A DNA stretch of 64,000 bases from Gammaproteobacteria bacterium (GTDB lineage Bacteria > Pseudomonadota > Gammaproteobacteria > Eutrophobiales > Eutrophobiaceae): positions 1 through 64,000 of the forward strand of contig CBDCTH010000001.1 of the NCBI GenBank assembly GCA_965222155.1, read 5' to 3'. Position numbers and translations under genes: made by a program. Positions 21,513 through 32,504 of this stretch are shown one piece after another. Every line of letters begins with the position of its first letter. Position 1 is the stretch's first letter. The notes below the pieces were generated by a model. The model had not been told where the DNA came from. It saw nothing but the letters and a program-made list of their open reading frames with translations, and made no database searches.

Positions 21513-21695
21513 CATGGTAATGGTAATTGACGTTAGACACTACATTTGCTAAACTCTCTACCCGCTATGAAAAATCAATCACTTACCGGCGATAGCAGGT
21601 GAAAATCAGCCAAAATCAACTAAAATTCGGGAAGTTGGTATTAAACTTGGGTTAGGATTTATATATGACTCTCAACACAACATATAGGTTCAGTA

Positions 21696-23147
21696 ATGCA
21701 TAAGTTACGTACCACTGTGCTTGTCTTGATTTCGGCATTAGTTCTTGCCAGTATAGCTTTGAGCACCGCGTATTTTTTCGCAAAGAGCGATGCTCCATTA
21801 CCTGTTGATCTGAAAAGTTCGCCTCTGTCACTTGACCAGTATAGGTCATCATTTTTAGTTCCCGTTTCTGTTACAGCCTCTAAGCTGTCCCTGATCATCG
21901 ATGAACAGGCCCCGAAGCAAGTCAGCGGCACGCAGGATATCAATATCGGCGGCAATGTCCATGAAGAGCGTTTGGAATACACTGTCTACCGGGGAAGCGT
22001 CAATGCTCGGGCAGAAGATGACCAAATTCAAATCAGCGTACCTCTTTACGGTAGCGCGACCGCAAAGGCGGAGTACTGCCCCGGCGGCAAGTGGCTTGGC
22101 TGTTTCGACGTTCAAGAAACGGCTGAGCTTCGGGCGACAGTTAACGCTACCCTATCCAATATCCGTATAGGCAAGGATTGGATACCTGACGCCGACCTCA
22201 CTTTGGATGTAGATGTAACCAAAGCCGAGGTCCGACTGTTGGACCTTATTACGGTCAGCTTCCAAGACAATGTGGAGCGGGAAATACGCGGTGTGTTGCC
22301 TAGCTTGGTCCCCGATGTCAAACAGAAGCTGATTGGTGAGTTGAACCTGCAATCCAGGCTTGAGGAGACATGGAGTCGGTTTGATCCGGTTTTTAAAATA
22401 TCCGAACATCCTGAAGTTTGGTTGGTTTTCGATGCTACAGAGCTTGGTGCCATGCCGGTAACTACTGCCAACAATGTTATCCATACAACGGTTGCCTTAT
22501 CCTCTGAAGTGTCCATACACATCGGTTCCAAGCCAGACAAACCTGTGTCGCAATCTCTCCCGGAACCGTCGGCGATTAACCGGGACGTCAATCCAGCCTT
22601 TCATATGAGGGTTCCGATTTTCACAGAACTTGGTGAGCTTCAGGCCCAACTTAACGCCTGCTGTAGCCCCTTGTCATTTTCCTTGTATGGAGATAAATCC
22701 TTGACTCTCTCGAACCTGACTTTGAGAGAGCAGCAGGGGCGCTTACTGATTGGTGCTGACTTTGCAGTATCCGGCTGGTGGGCACCTCGCGGTGTCATTT
22801 ACATTCTGGCTACGCCGGTACTGGATGAACAAGGAGACACGCTGCTGTTTGAAGACTTGAATTTTACGGTGGAGTCCGATGAAGGATTAACCAAAGCAGC
22901 GGTCAAAATTGCCCACTCAGTCATTATCACACATTTGCAGAATACCTTGAAGGTCGATTTGACTTCTCGTTACGGAGATGCAAAGAATATTCTCAATTCA
23001 GCAGTCAATGGGTTGAATGCAGGTCACGATATTAATTTGACAATCCAAGTTGGAAACATTAAGTTGATTGATGCTCTCATCGCTGGAAATGGGAAGCTTG
23101 CGGTGGTTGGTGAATTAACAGGCAATGCCATCATTAAAGTTTACTAA
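21696..23147 (+). CDS. DUF4403-like membrane-anchored beta-rich protein
   Basis: 483-aa ORF with an N-terminal TM/signal; S...VPV, P.VWL, G.IY..ATP..D patterns. Confidence 0.6.
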   Translation: MHKLRTTVLVLISALVLASIALSTAYFFAKSDAPLPVDLKSSPLSLDQYRSSFLVPVSVTASKLSLIIDEQAPKQVSGTQDINIGGNVHEERLEYTVYRGSVNARAEDDQIQISVPLYGSATAKAEYCPGGKWLGCFDVQETAELRATVNATLSNIRIGKDWIPDADLTLDVDVTKAEVRLLDLITVSFQDNVEREIRGVLPSLVPDVKQKLIGELNLQSRLEETWSRFDPVFKISEHPEVWLVFDATELGAMPVTTANNVIHTTVALSSEVSIHIGSKPDKPVSQSLPEPSAINRDVNPAFHMRVPIFTELGELQAQLNACCSPLSFSLYGDKSLTLSNLTLREQQGRLLIGADFAVSGWWAPRGVIYILATPVLDEQGDTLLFEDLNFTVESDEGLTKAAVKIAHSVIITHLQNTLKVDLTSRYGDAKNILNSAVNGLNAGHDINLTIQVGNIKLIDALIAGNGKLAVVGELTGNAIIKVY

Positions 23148-23185
23148 TATATCTACTCTGAGACTTTAGCCAAAGAGGTGAAGAC

Positions 23186-23626
23186 ATGGGCACGACTCTG
23201 AATCCTGAATCCCCTATCACCCGCGAGGAATTCGAAAAAATGGCCACTGAACTTCTCGCCCAAAATACAGCTACTAAACAATCACAGCATGAAACGATTG
23301 TTCGGCAAACAGAGTTTCGATTGGTACTCGGGGCCGCAGTGATTATTTTTGGTGCAATCGGAGCCGTATTTGGATTATTGTACACATCGTCCAGTGACAT
23401 AATGAAAGAGTCTGGCCGTTTACAGGGTCTGGTAGAAATGCAGGGTAAACGGCAGTCAGAGATACTTAATGAAATCAATCGGCGCGAGGAGCTCACACTA
23501 AAGCAAATATCGGCTCTTGACTCTAAAGTCGAGGGTATAAACTCGAGGGTCGAGGATGTACAGTCGAAAGTTGATAGTGTGGACAGACGTATCTCAAGAA
23601 TTGAGGGCATGCGTTCCGAACGCTGA
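23186..23626 (+). CDS. Hypothetical protein with TM helix and coiled coil
   Basis: GAGGTG RBS; hydrophobic segment, then heptads LDSKVEGINSRVEDVQSKVDSVDRRISRIEG. Confidence 0.6.
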   Translation: MGTTLNPESPITREEFEKMATELLAQNTATKQSQHETIVRQTEFRLVLGAAVIIFGAIGAVFGLLYTSSSDIMKESGRLQGLVEMQGKRQSEILNEINRREELTLKQISALDSKVEGINSRVEDVQSKVDSVDRRISRIEGMRSER

Positions 23627-23640
23627 CCAGCGTTCGGAAA

Positions 23641-24732
23641 ATGATAGATACAGGTCGAGATACCCTGACAAATCCTGTATCGGATACAGGACTCCAGCGG
23701 TTTGCGGCAGCCCTCGTTGGCTTGATCCTGGGGCAGGTCACAGGCGACAAGTCCATCACAATTGCTAAAGCGGTTCTGTATCTGTGGAACGACGGCAAAT
23801 CCTATGAGAGGGAGACGGTTGCGGAAGCGTCGCTAGCCGTCCTCTTCATCTTTGCCTGCGTTGGTATTATCTTTGGGGCCTTTGCCACAAGGCGCAAGTG
23901 GGCAAGCTTCGAACAGGTTGTGATGTCGATGGTCGTCGTCGTGATTGTGGCATTCTTCACCATAGTCGACCATAGCCTTCCAAATGCTGTCGGAGATTCG
24001 CGATTGCCGTTCTGGGAAACGATGTACTACCTTGGCTGGGTTATTACGCTTTGGTTCTTACCTGTCATTCTGCTTCCGAATCCTGATGCCACATTTCCTG
24101 GATGGGTTCGGCGGGGTGGTGTCGTTCTTGCCGTATCGGCGACAATGGCTGGAGCATGCTGGGCAGTTGGCGGCATCCTGGAGCTTGCCGCGGGATATAT
24201 ATTTAACGTCTCGCTGAGTTTCTGGATGGCAAGACCGGTTACCATCAACGCCATCTGTGGCGCCTTCGTCGCGGTTACGTTCGTCGGCATCTGGTGGCGT
24301 GGGCTTTGGTGGTCGGCCATATCCCCTTTTATCTGGTTAATCGGCATGACAATACTTGTAATCGCCTACACGGGGGTCTACGGTTGGTTTTTCTATGCGC
24401 CGGGCAAAGTTGCCCCACCTTGGCAGTTCTTCCTCACATTTAGTGCATTTCCCACCGTCGTGGCAGCCACCGTGCTCGTTGCCTATAAGTTGACACGTCG
24501 CCGAGACAATGTGGGATTCTCGGTCGGCTGGCCCGTTTCGAGGTGGTTCTGGCGGCTTCTACCGGTGGGGTTCGCATTCGGTTTCGCGCTCATTGCGTGG
24601 CTTGGTTTCGCCTCACTCGCACAACATGATGAAACTATCAATCTGGTTATCGCACATAGCCTCAACGGCATTCTTCTGGGTCTGAGCCTCCGGGTGATGG
24701 AGCTGGCTTTACGGTTGATTCCGGAACACTGA
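23641..24732 (+). CDS. Hypothetical polytopic membrane protein
   Basis: 363-aa ORF with ~9-10 hydrophobic segments, co-oriented with upstream genes. Confidence 0.6.
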   Translation: MIDTGRDTLTNPVSDTGLQRFAAALVGLILGQVTGDKSITIAKAVLYLWNDGKSYERETVAEASLAVLFIFACVGIIFGAFATRRKWASFEQVVMSMVVVVIVAFFTIVDHSLPNAVGDSRLPFWETMYYLGWVITLWFLPVILLPNPDATFPGWVRRGGVVLAVSATMAGACWAVGGILELAAGYIFNVSLSFWMARPVTINAICGAFVAVTFVGIWWRGLWWSAISPFIWLIGMTILVIAYTGVYGWFFYAPGKVAPPWQFFLTFSAFPTVVAATVLVAYKLTRRRDNVGFSVGWPVSRWFWRLLPVGFAFGFALIAWLGFASLAQHDETINLVIAHSLNGILLGLSLRVMELALRLIPEH

Positions 24733-25232
24733 CTTTCGCCACCACTGCGTCTCAAAAAGATTGAAAGAATCGGGCAGGGTCGGCCCACGCAATATCGAAA
24801 ATAATCACTAGATCAACTGATTGACGTCAGCATCCACCACCGCCTGCGTATTGTAGGTCTGCTGATACTCACTGTGCTTGTTCTTGCGCATCAACTGATT
24901 GTCCGTATCCGTAAATTACTTGCGTGTGCTCTTGGTCAGTTTAATCATATCTGATAATGATAGTGTCTATCCCGCCTAATCCGGTCCACGTAGTTTGAGG
25001 GATTTTCATCTCTGATCAGTCCCGGATGGATTTATCATCACTTGCTGCTATTGAAATAATGAGAACTTCTTGCCTTTTCGGGAGTCTTTTATAGGGAATG
25101 TAGTGAGTTAAGTGTGTAATCTGCCTGTTTTAGAATATTCACTTCTTGGCTTTGGGAGATGAAGATGATAAGGCCATTAAATAATAATATTTGATTATAA
25201 AACCACAGCCGAAAGAAGAGGAGATTTGAAAC

Positions 25233-25676
25233 ATGAGTATCAAGAAAGGCCTGTTAGTTGTTATCGGTCTATCCGTTTTAATCTCAACCCAGGTATTCGC
25301 CGAAAAAGCGTATGTCATTAATGCAGAGGCGCGCATATTCAACCCTGACATCATTTATATCCAGCCGGGAGATACTGTCAAATTCGTTAACATGGCGTCC
25401 CATGATTCAGTATCGGTTGAAGGCTTGATCCCGGAGGGCGCTGAACACTGGCAGAGTGGTATCGGCAATAACATCACGCTGAAACTGGATATTGAAGGGG
25501 CATACGCCTACGTCTGTGTTCCCCATATCGGTTTCGGAATGGTGGGCGTGATCGTAGTGGGTGAGCCCGTCAATATTGACGCGGTCATGGAACATGCAAA
25601 AACCAGCCTTAAAGGTCCTTACCGACGAGTCATTGGCAAGCTCCTTAAGGTACAGCGGGCCGCAAAAAAGTCATAA
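25233..25676 (+). CDS. Pseudoazurin-like cupredoxin
   Basis: Signal peptide; type-1 Cu ligands ASHDS...YVCVPHIGFGMVG. Confidence 0.88.
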   Translation: MSIKKGLLVVIGLSVLISTQVFAEKAYVINAEARIFNPDIIYIQPGDTVKFVNMASHDSVSVEGLIPEGAEHWQSGIGNNITLKLDIEGAYAYVCVPHIGFGMVGVIVVGEPVNIDAVMEHAKTSLKGPYRRVIGKLLKVQRAAKKS

Positions 25677-25683
25677 AGACGCT

Positions 25684-26553
25684 ATGAAAAAATATTCTCT
25701 GACATGCTTGTTGTTTGTATCCGTATCCGTTGCACCGGTCGTGCCGGCTGGCGCCGCAGAAATATCCGCCTTAAAGGTGTGCGCCGACCCCTTCCTGTTG
25801 CCGTTTTCCAATCGCAAGGAACAGGGTTTTGAAAACAGGATAGCCGAGTTGTTCGCCACTAAACTGGGGGTGGAAGTGCAGTATGAATTTTTCCCCCAGA
25901 GAATCGGATTTATCCGCAATACCTTGAAAGCGGAATCCGAATCGGATACTGGTTACAAGTGCGATCTGGTCATTAATGTCCCGGAGCATTTTGAACTGGC
26001 TGCCACCACGGAGCCTTATTACACGACCTCCTACGCTCTGGTATTTGCCAGGGATCGCGGCATGGACTCGGTGACCTCGCCAGAGATGCTGGGTAAGTTG
26101 GTTAAACAACAGGGTTTGAAGATTAAATTCGGTTTAGCTGATCGTGGCCAAGCGCAGTTCTGGGCTGCCCAGCATGGTCTGATGGGTAGCATAGTGCCAT
26201 ACCAGGGACAATCCGGTGATCCCCGGTTGAATTTGGGTGAACAGTTAATCAAGGATCTGATTTCCGGGAAGATCGATGCGACGATTACCTCGGGACCAGC
26301 GGCCGGATACTTTGCCAAAACCCTCGAAGGTGGTGAGAATATCGTTGTCATGTCGTTACGCGACGATCCTATTTCGCCTCTGTTGAAATTTGAATACAGT
26401 ATGGCAATGGGGGTCAGGTATGGGGAGAAAGAGTGGAAAGACACGATCAATCAATTGATAGCCGAGAACCAGGCAGAAATCAATGCCATCCTGGAAGACT
26501 TCGGAGTACCGCTGTTACCGTTGAAAAAATCTGAAAAACAGGATGATGACTGA
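25684..26553 (+). CDS. MoxJ/XoxJ-like quinoprotein dehydrogenase-associated periplasmic binding protein
   Basis: LKVCADP..LPFSN...GFENRIAEL, GFIRNTL, CDLV, T.PYY, MGVR.G..EWK. Confidence 0.85.
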   Translation: MKKYSLTCLLFVSVSVAPVVPAGAAEISALKVCADPFLLPFSNRKEQGFENRIAELFATKLGVEVQYEFFPQRIGFIRNTLKAESESDTGYKCDLVINVPEHFELAATTEPYYTTSYALVFARDRGMDSVTSPEMLGKLVKQQGLKIKFGLADRGQAQFWAAQHGLMGSIVPYQGQSGDPRLNLGEQLIKDLISGKIDATITSGPAAGYFAKTLEGGENIVVMSLRDDPISPLLKFEYSMAMGVRYGEKEWKDTINQLIAENQAEINAILEDFGVPLLPLKKSEKQDDD

Positions 26554-27349
26554 GTTGTATTCAATCTCGACAAGGTTGATTTGTCGGCTTGTGTTGCTTG
26601 CCGGTTATATTTTATCGGCGCTGGTTTCTTATGCGGACGAAGGGCCGGATGCCGGTAAAGACAATCCCGACGGTGTAGAAGTCAAGGGCGCTACCCTGGG
26701 CAGGATGGGCGAGCCCATTGCCGTTAATCCCGATACGTATGAATTTGCCGACGCGGAAGTCAAACTCTGGCTGGATAATCACCTCCAAAACATCAACAGC
26801 CCGGGCCGGCTTTATTATGATTTCGTCAAGCGCGGCAGTTTTGAAGAGGGCTTCAGCGATTCCGTCTACCTGGATATCATCAAGGTCAATGATGATGGCA
26901 GTAAGAACGCAGATCTGGAATTTTTCAGTGCTGAAAGACAGCAAAATGCGAACCGGGATAACCTTGTCGGCATTACCGGCAACCCGATCCTGGTGGTTTA
27001 CATGCAGGGAGACGTCTATGAAATGAGCCGCCTGACTAGCGGCAGCTGGCGCTATTTCCAGAGAAGGATCAAGTCTGCTTTTGCCGAGGGTGCGAAAACC
27101 GAAACGGTCACGTTTGAATATGACGGAACGCAAGTGACCGGCGAGAAAATTTCCATCGCCCCGTATCTCAACGATCCCAGGAGAAGACAATTCGCCGAGT
27201 TTGCTCCCAAGGTTTATGAATTCATCCTGTCTGAACAGGTGCCCGGGAAACTGTACCAGATCAAGACCGTCATCCCGGACCGATCACCGGACAAGGAACC
27301 GTTGATAGAAGAGATCCTGACCCTGCAGAGCGCGGAATTCACAAACTGA
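26543..27349 (+). CDS. Hypothetical exported protein
   Basis: Overlaps the moxJ-like stop; N-terminal hydrophobic segment; GNPIL, RYFQRRIK, PYLNDP, LSEQVPG. Confidence 0.65.
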   Translation: MMTELYSISTRLICRLVLLAGYILSALVSYADEGPDAGKDNPDGVEVKGATLGRMGEPIAVNPDTYEFADAEVKLWLDNHLQNINSPGRLYYDFVKRGSFEEGFSDSVYLDIIKVNDDGSKNADLEFFSAERQQNANRDNLVGITGNPILVVYMQGDVYEMSRLTSGSWRYFQRRIKSAFAEGAKTETVTFEYDGTQVTGEKISIAPYLNDPRRRQFAEFAPKVYEFILSEQVPGKLYQIKTVIPDRSPDKEPLIEEILTLQSAEFTN

Positions 27350-28830
27350 CTATTAACATCTTATGACAAGTTCAATAGAAACCGCCAAGCAGGAACCACA
27401 TCGATTTTCCCCGATGCCACTTGGATTTGTTCATCCTCGTCACGGGTCACGATGGTGCCTTCAGCCAGCTTCAATTCAGCCATCGCTCCGGCAAGCGATG
27501 TGGTTTCCCGCTTGCGGGTATGTGGGTCAGCCATTGATTCGCAAACCTGTACGAGTAAGCGGGGACGGTCTCGCCGTTGAGCGACGAAGTCTACTTCCCG
27601 GCCAGCCTTGCCCTTGAAATAAAAGATGTCCGGTGTGGTCCGGCGCAGTGCAATGAAGACCAGATTCTCCAGCAGATGCCCTGAGTTAACCAGAATGCCG
27701 GAACTGACAGAGGCGACCAACGCGTGGTCGATGCAGTAGATTTTCTTTGGGTTGACGCTTGCCCGAGCCAGCGATGCGTCAAAAACGCGTACTGTGAACA
27801 GGGCAAAAGCATCTTCGAACCATTTGAGGTAATCAGACACAGCCGATTTCGGTGATTTATGGCCCAGGGATTTCAGATAACCGGTCAGGTTATTGACGGA
27901 ATACAAGGAACCTGTATTGTCCACCAGCCAATGCGCCAAATCTGTGACTGCCCTGGGGTGAGAGATATCGTGACGCTCGACAAGGTCTCGGAACAGCATG
28001 GCATTAAAATACTGCTGGTGGATTTTGATACGCAGCATACGGTCGAGTCCCGCGACTTCAGGAAAACCACCGGTTTCCCAGTATTCTGCAAACGCATTCT
28101 GGATCATCAGGCGTGTTCTGGTTGATTGTGACCCGCCACTCTTCTCTATACCTTTGTAGTCAAGAAACTCCCGGAACGAGAAGGGAAACATTTCCCAGGT
28201 GAGTGCCCGGCCACGCATCTGGGTTGCGATCTCCCTTGAAAGCATTTGTGCTGATGAGCCGGTTATGTAGACCTCACATTTTTCCGTGCGCATCAGACGG
28301 TCAACAAATGGTTCCCACCCTGGTACGCCTTGGATTTCATCAAAAAAACAGTAAACCTTCTCGGTATTCTTTTTTTCCGGATAGAGCGAGTAAAACGCCT
28401 CAAGGATGGTGTTTAAGCCGACGCGTTGCAGTCCGTGCAGTCGATCGTCGAAAAAATTCAGGTATAGGATGTTCTGGCGGGAAACGCCAGATTCCAGTAA
28501 ACCTTGAATGATCTGGAACATAAAGTATGACTTGCCGCAACGGCGTACTCCGATGCATACTGTGGCTTTATCCGGCACCGATGTGATGTCGATGTGTCTA
28601 GGCATGCCGCCAGGTAACTCCATTTCCTGAAAATCGAGGATTAATGCCTTGATCACGTGAAGCATGGCTTTATCTTCGCACGGTGGGTTTATTGCCTAGT
28701 ATAGCAACTGGCAATATTTTTATCCAGTTATTGGCGCAAGCGGAAAAAAGTATTACTGAATGGTTCGTAGATTGAACAAACACAACCTAATCTGGCAAAG
28801 CGCGGAATTCACAAACCGACTATTAACATC
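27329..28830. repeat. 32-bp direct repeats flanking the ATPase gene
   Basis: AGCGCGGAATTCACAAAC(T/C)GACTATTAACATC at 27329-27360 and 28799-28830. Confidence 0.85.
27361..28665 (-). CDS. AAA_14/DUF4143-type ATP-binding protein
   Basis: GVRRCGKS, FFDEIQ, ITGSS, GGFPE, PKKIYCID, LENLV, EVDF. Confidence 0.9.
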   Translation of the reverse strand: MLHVIKALILDFQEMELPGGMPRHIDITSVPDKATVCIGVRRCGKSYFMFQIIQGLLESGVSRQNILYLNFFDDRLHGLQRVGLNTILEAFYSLYPEKKNTEKVYCFFDEIQGVPGWEPFVDRLMRTEKCEVYITGSSAQMLSREIATQMRGRALTWEMFPFSFREFLDYKGIEKSGGSQSTRTRLMIQNAFAEYWETGGFPEVAGLDRMLRIKIHQQYFNAMLFRDLVERHDISHPRAVTDLAHWLVDNTGSLYSVNNLTGYLKSLGHKSPKSAVSDYLKWFEDAFALFTVRVFDASLARASVNPKKIYCIDHALVASVSSGILVNSGHLLENLVFIALRRTTPDIFYFKGKAGREVDFVAQRRDRPRLLVQVCESMADPHTRKRETTSLAGAMAELKLAEGTIVTRDEDEQIQVASGKIDVVPAWRFLLNLS

Positions 28831-28887
28831 GATAGACAGGATATACAGGATGTATGAATAATAGTCTGCTTTGTAAAAATGTGATTA

Positions 28888-29176
28888 TCACCTGGCGGCC
28901 TTCAACAGCGGCATCACCTCTCCCTTGCCGTTGTTCGCCAGGTCACCGGTATACAGACGGACTTCCGGGCCGAAATTCCGGAAAAACCGGTAACGGCTGC
29001 CCATCCGGGACAGCTGTTTGAAAAACAGGCGCAGGTATTCCATCTTCAACGTACCACAGTTCGCCAGGGTGGAGCCGATTTTATCAGGGCGTTTGCCCAG
29101 TATGATGCTCCCACGTTTCATCCCGTAACCCGGGAGTTGGCCGGATTTGCCCAGTATCAAAATCGTACCGGCCACC
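28888..29176 (-). pseudogene. fhcC: Diverged duplicate of the 3' 289 bp of fhcC
   Basis: VAGTILILGKSG.LPGYGMKRG...GDLANNGKGEV, colinear with 42115-42403; differences mostly at third positions. Confidence 0.88.
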
Positions 29177-29830
29177 CGCTGTCTTCGACATCGTCCGCTC
29201 ACAACCCCACGGCCACGTCGTCGCCATGCTCGGTACCCTCAAACAACTGCGCCTGGCGCACCTCATCGACCCCCAGGACAGCCCCGAGCGGCAACGCGTG
29301 CTGGCGCTGCTCGTCGCCCGCCTCCTCAAGCCCAGCTCGAAACTGGCCACCGCCCGCGATTCACTCGCCGATACCCTACGCCTCGGTACGCTCGACAAGG
29401 ACGACCTGTATATGGCCATGGACTGGCTGCTCGAGCGTCAGGACCAGATCGAACGCAGCCTGGCCAAACGGCATCTGAAGAACGGCGCACTCGTGCTCTA
29501 TGGCCTGACCTCCGTGTACCTGGAAGGGCGTCATTGCCCCTTGGCCCAGCGCGGCTATGCCCGCGACGGCAACCGCGGCAAACTGCAAATCGAGTTTGGT
29601 CTGCTGTGCGACGGCGACGGTTGCCCGGTGGCCGTGGAAGTGTTCGACGGCAACACCGCCGACCCGATGACCCTGAGTACGCAAATCGACAAACTGCGCA
29701 CCCGTTTCGGTCTCTCAAAGGTGGTGCTGGTGGGTGACCGCGGTATGTTGACCGAGGCGCGCCTTAGCGAGGAGGTGAAACCGGCCGGGTCAGATTGGAT
29801 CGGCGCCTTGCGTGCCCTGGCCATTCGCCA
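29177..29830 (+). mobile_element. IS1634-like transposase fragment
   Basis: P.SKLAT, LY.AMDWLL, LVLY.LTS.Y.EG, GY.RDG, P.AVEVF.GNT.D, VGDRGM; truncated at both ends. Confidence 0.75.
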
Positions 29831-30203
29831 ACGCACTGACGATCTCACGGTGATGCGGATGGTGACTCTGACCGTTCCGTTCTTTCTGGTGCAAGTTCCA
29901 GCCCGGCTACATCAATACAGCCTACGACTCACTGCATTCTGGGATTCCCGGGCCGACTCGGTACTCCTCGCACAGAGCTTCTCCAACCAAAAAGCTGTGG
30001 CATTTGACGATCTTGTGAGCGCGTTGGCACCCGATGCATACGACTTCAAGCCCCCACCCAAGCCAGGACAGGATGCCCTATTCAAGTGATTCCGGTAGCT
30101 TATCCAAACTGTCCGTGCGAGAGACATGCCCTATTCCAACAATCTGCTGCCAGACAGACTGTGACCTGCCCCGGATGTCACGTATAGCCGTATGATTGGT
30201 CAA

Positions 30204-30779
30204 TCAGTGGAACACCCGGGGCCGAAAGTCTGCCTGATTGATAATGCTGGCGCTGCTCCCGGTGGCTCGGATGACATACAAGCCCTGCCGCTCCGCATAC
30301 ACCTGCACAGAATGGTCCACCTTCAGGTACGCCACTGCACCCAGTATCTTCCGTCCTTTGAATCCTGACACCCAACCCGTGAATTTATCCAGCTTCTCCA
30401 GAAAATGCGTCACATCCCCGGCCCGTAACGTGGTCTTGACTTCCACGACGACCACTTCTTCTCCATTCGCTGCCAGAATGTCATACTCATAATGCTCGCC
30501 ATTACGCCGACCGCTCACCCGGGGATACGTGGTCTGCACTTCTATCCCGCGCGCCTGCAGCAGGGGAAGCAGGTCCCCTTCTACCAGACTCTCCACCAGC
30601 TTGCCCCACTGGCTGGTAAACAACTCATCCAGCTTCTTCAAGCGCCGGTCAGTTTCCTTCATCTGCCGGTCGGTGTCCTTCATCTGTTCACGGACCTCCT
30701 CAGACTGCTTGCCGACGGCTCGCAGAATATCCCAGATTTCTTCGGGGGTGGCGGGGTCTTGATGCAGTTCGTTTTCCAT
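30204..30779 (-). CDS. Coiled-coil + PD-(D/E)XK nuclease-like protein (DUF3782-like), copy 1, 2 heptads
   Basis: ATPEEIW, QMKETDR heptads, QWGKLVESLV, EYDILAANG...VVVVEVKTTL; AGGAG upstream. Confidence 0.75.
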   Translation of the reverse strand: MENELHQDPATPEEIWDILRAVGKQSEEVREQMKDTDRQMKETDRRLKKLDELFTSQWGKLVESLVEGDLLPLLQARGIEVQTTYPRVSGRRNGEHYEYDILAANGEEVVVVEVKTTLRAGDVTHFLEKLDKFTGWVSGFKGRKILGAVAYLKVDHSVQVYAERQGLYVIRATGSSASIINQADFRPRVFH

Positions 30780-30910
30780 GATGCCTTTCTCCTGTGCTGG
30801 TTTGACGTTACAGAGAATAATAGAAGCGCCGGGATATATCAAGTTCAATTTTCATGCTGTCACTCCAAAGTTGCAATGTCCTCTTTTAACCTGCCTGGGG
30901 AGCGATATTT

Positions 30911-31071
30911 GTAACTTCTCAATAACCCCGTGCCTATTCCCGGGAGCGAGGGCGTCCCGCCCTCGCTCCAGGATGAATGATAAATGGTATCGCCGTCACT
31001 TCTGAATAACCCGGTGCCTTCAACTCGCAGGGTGCGCAAGATGCCTTATGCATTAGGTTATTGAGAAGTTA
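30911..31071. repeat. Element with 17-bp terminal inverted repeats
   Basis: GTAACTTCTCAATAACC / GGTTATTGAGAAGTTAC; left arm repeated at 37456 and 39453. Confidence 0.6.
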
Positions 31072-31428
31072 CCAACAGGCACTCTAAGTTATTGATTATA
31101 TTTATGTAAAGTGTGTTTTTTCCTGTTGTCAACAAATAGATGGTATAGACACGGTAGTGTCAAGAATCTTTCGCACTTTTTTCCAGAGTGGTTCCGGTAG
31201 TCAATTAAGCTGCGGAGTAAGCCGCTTCATTATCCATCTCATCCAGCAATTTCATATTCATGTACTTGTGGGTTCCCCACAAGGTCGTAGAGACATGCTG
31301 TCTGCCTGTAGCAGGCAGGTGTTACTGATGAGGACTTTATTTGTTCCTGACACGGGTTGAGTTGTGCGAATTCCCCCGAATTGTGCCATACTGTAATCCC
31401 GTTTCGTACGAACAGGAGGAGCAACCCT

Positions 31429-32190
31429 ATGAGTGCCGCCGCTGAAACTATCCTGGCCGACCCGCGTTGTCTGGTGTCCGAGCGGGAGACGCTGACACCC
31501 CGCAAAAACTCCCTGGGTTCGGCGTACCTGGCGTTTCATACCGATCGCGAGACAGTCCTGAACCTCGCCCGATTGCACTTGGAAGACGCCTTCCGTCGGG
31601 TAGTGCTGGATCCGATGCACGGCCTGGTTATGCTGATGGCCCCAGGTCCGATACATGAAGGGATTGCGGATTTTGTCAACGATGTGGTGAAAGAAACTGC
31701 GGAGGCCCTGGACTTGGGCAATGATTCCCTGCGCTCCACCCGCTGGCGGCGGTCGTCGGACCCGCAGAACACCGGTGCCGAACCGGACTGCTGTTATTAC
31801 CTGGGGGCGAATGCACTGACTTACCAGGAACTCCGGGAGGAGGAGGACGCGAAGGCCGTCGCCTGGACCCTGTCACATCCCCCGGACCTGGTGGTCGAGG
31901 TGGGCATCACCCATATCGATCGAGACAAGCAGGAACTCTATCGGAGGCTGGGCGTACCGGAGTACTGGCAGGTGGACCGGTCGTCCGGCAGGGCATTCAC
32001 CGTCACCTTCCTGGACTTACAGGCGGGTAGCGGGCCGGCTTCCCTGGCGACATCCGCAATACTGTCCGGGTTGACACCGGCGGCGCTCGGCGCGGCAGTA
32101 CAGGCGCTGATGCAACGCCGTTCTCAAAAACGCCGGGAAGTGGTGCTGGCGGTACTGCGGGAACACGGGGTGGTTGAACAGATACCGTAA
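31429..32190 (+). CDS. Uma2 (DUF820) family endonuclease-like protein
   Basis: PGPIHE, GAEPDCCYY, PPDLVVEVG, Y..LGVPEYW.VD; AGGAGG RBS. Confidence 0.85.
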   Translation: MSAAAETILADPRCLVSERETLTPRKNSLGSAYLAFHTDRETVLNLARLHLEDAFRRVVLDPMHGLVMLMAPGPIHEGIADFVNDVVKETAEALDLGNDSLRSTRWRRSSDPQNTGAEPDCCYYLGANALTYQELREEEDAKAVAWTLSHPPDLVVEVGITHIDRDKQELYRRLGVPEYWQVDRSSGRAFTVTFLDLQAGSGPASLATSAILSGLTPAALGAAVQALMQRRSQKRREVVLAVLREHGVVEQIP

Positions 32191-32504
32191 CTTTACTTGG
32201 GTCTTCCCTGAATCTGGTGGCTAACTGTCGGCTTGGCGTTGTCCGGGTTTATAGAAGTAGAACCCATGGTCCTTTGTGTAGAGCAACAATCAAGGTGAGC
32301 CTCTAGCGTCAATCAGGATGATACAGTTGACGCGACGGCAAAGACTATGATTCCCGTTTTTTCTGAGATTGCAAGCCGTCTTTTTTTCTGGTTGTCGTGT
32401 TTTTGTACCTGTGTCTGCCAAGTTGCTGGAAACCCTTGTAGGTGAAAGCGGACAAAATAAGGCAACTCTACTTGCTGCAGTACTTCCAATCATTATATCT
32501 GCTG

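Noticed and set aside
19930-24800. Integron cassette array
   Set aside because: No intI gene and no recurring attC-like sites could be identified.
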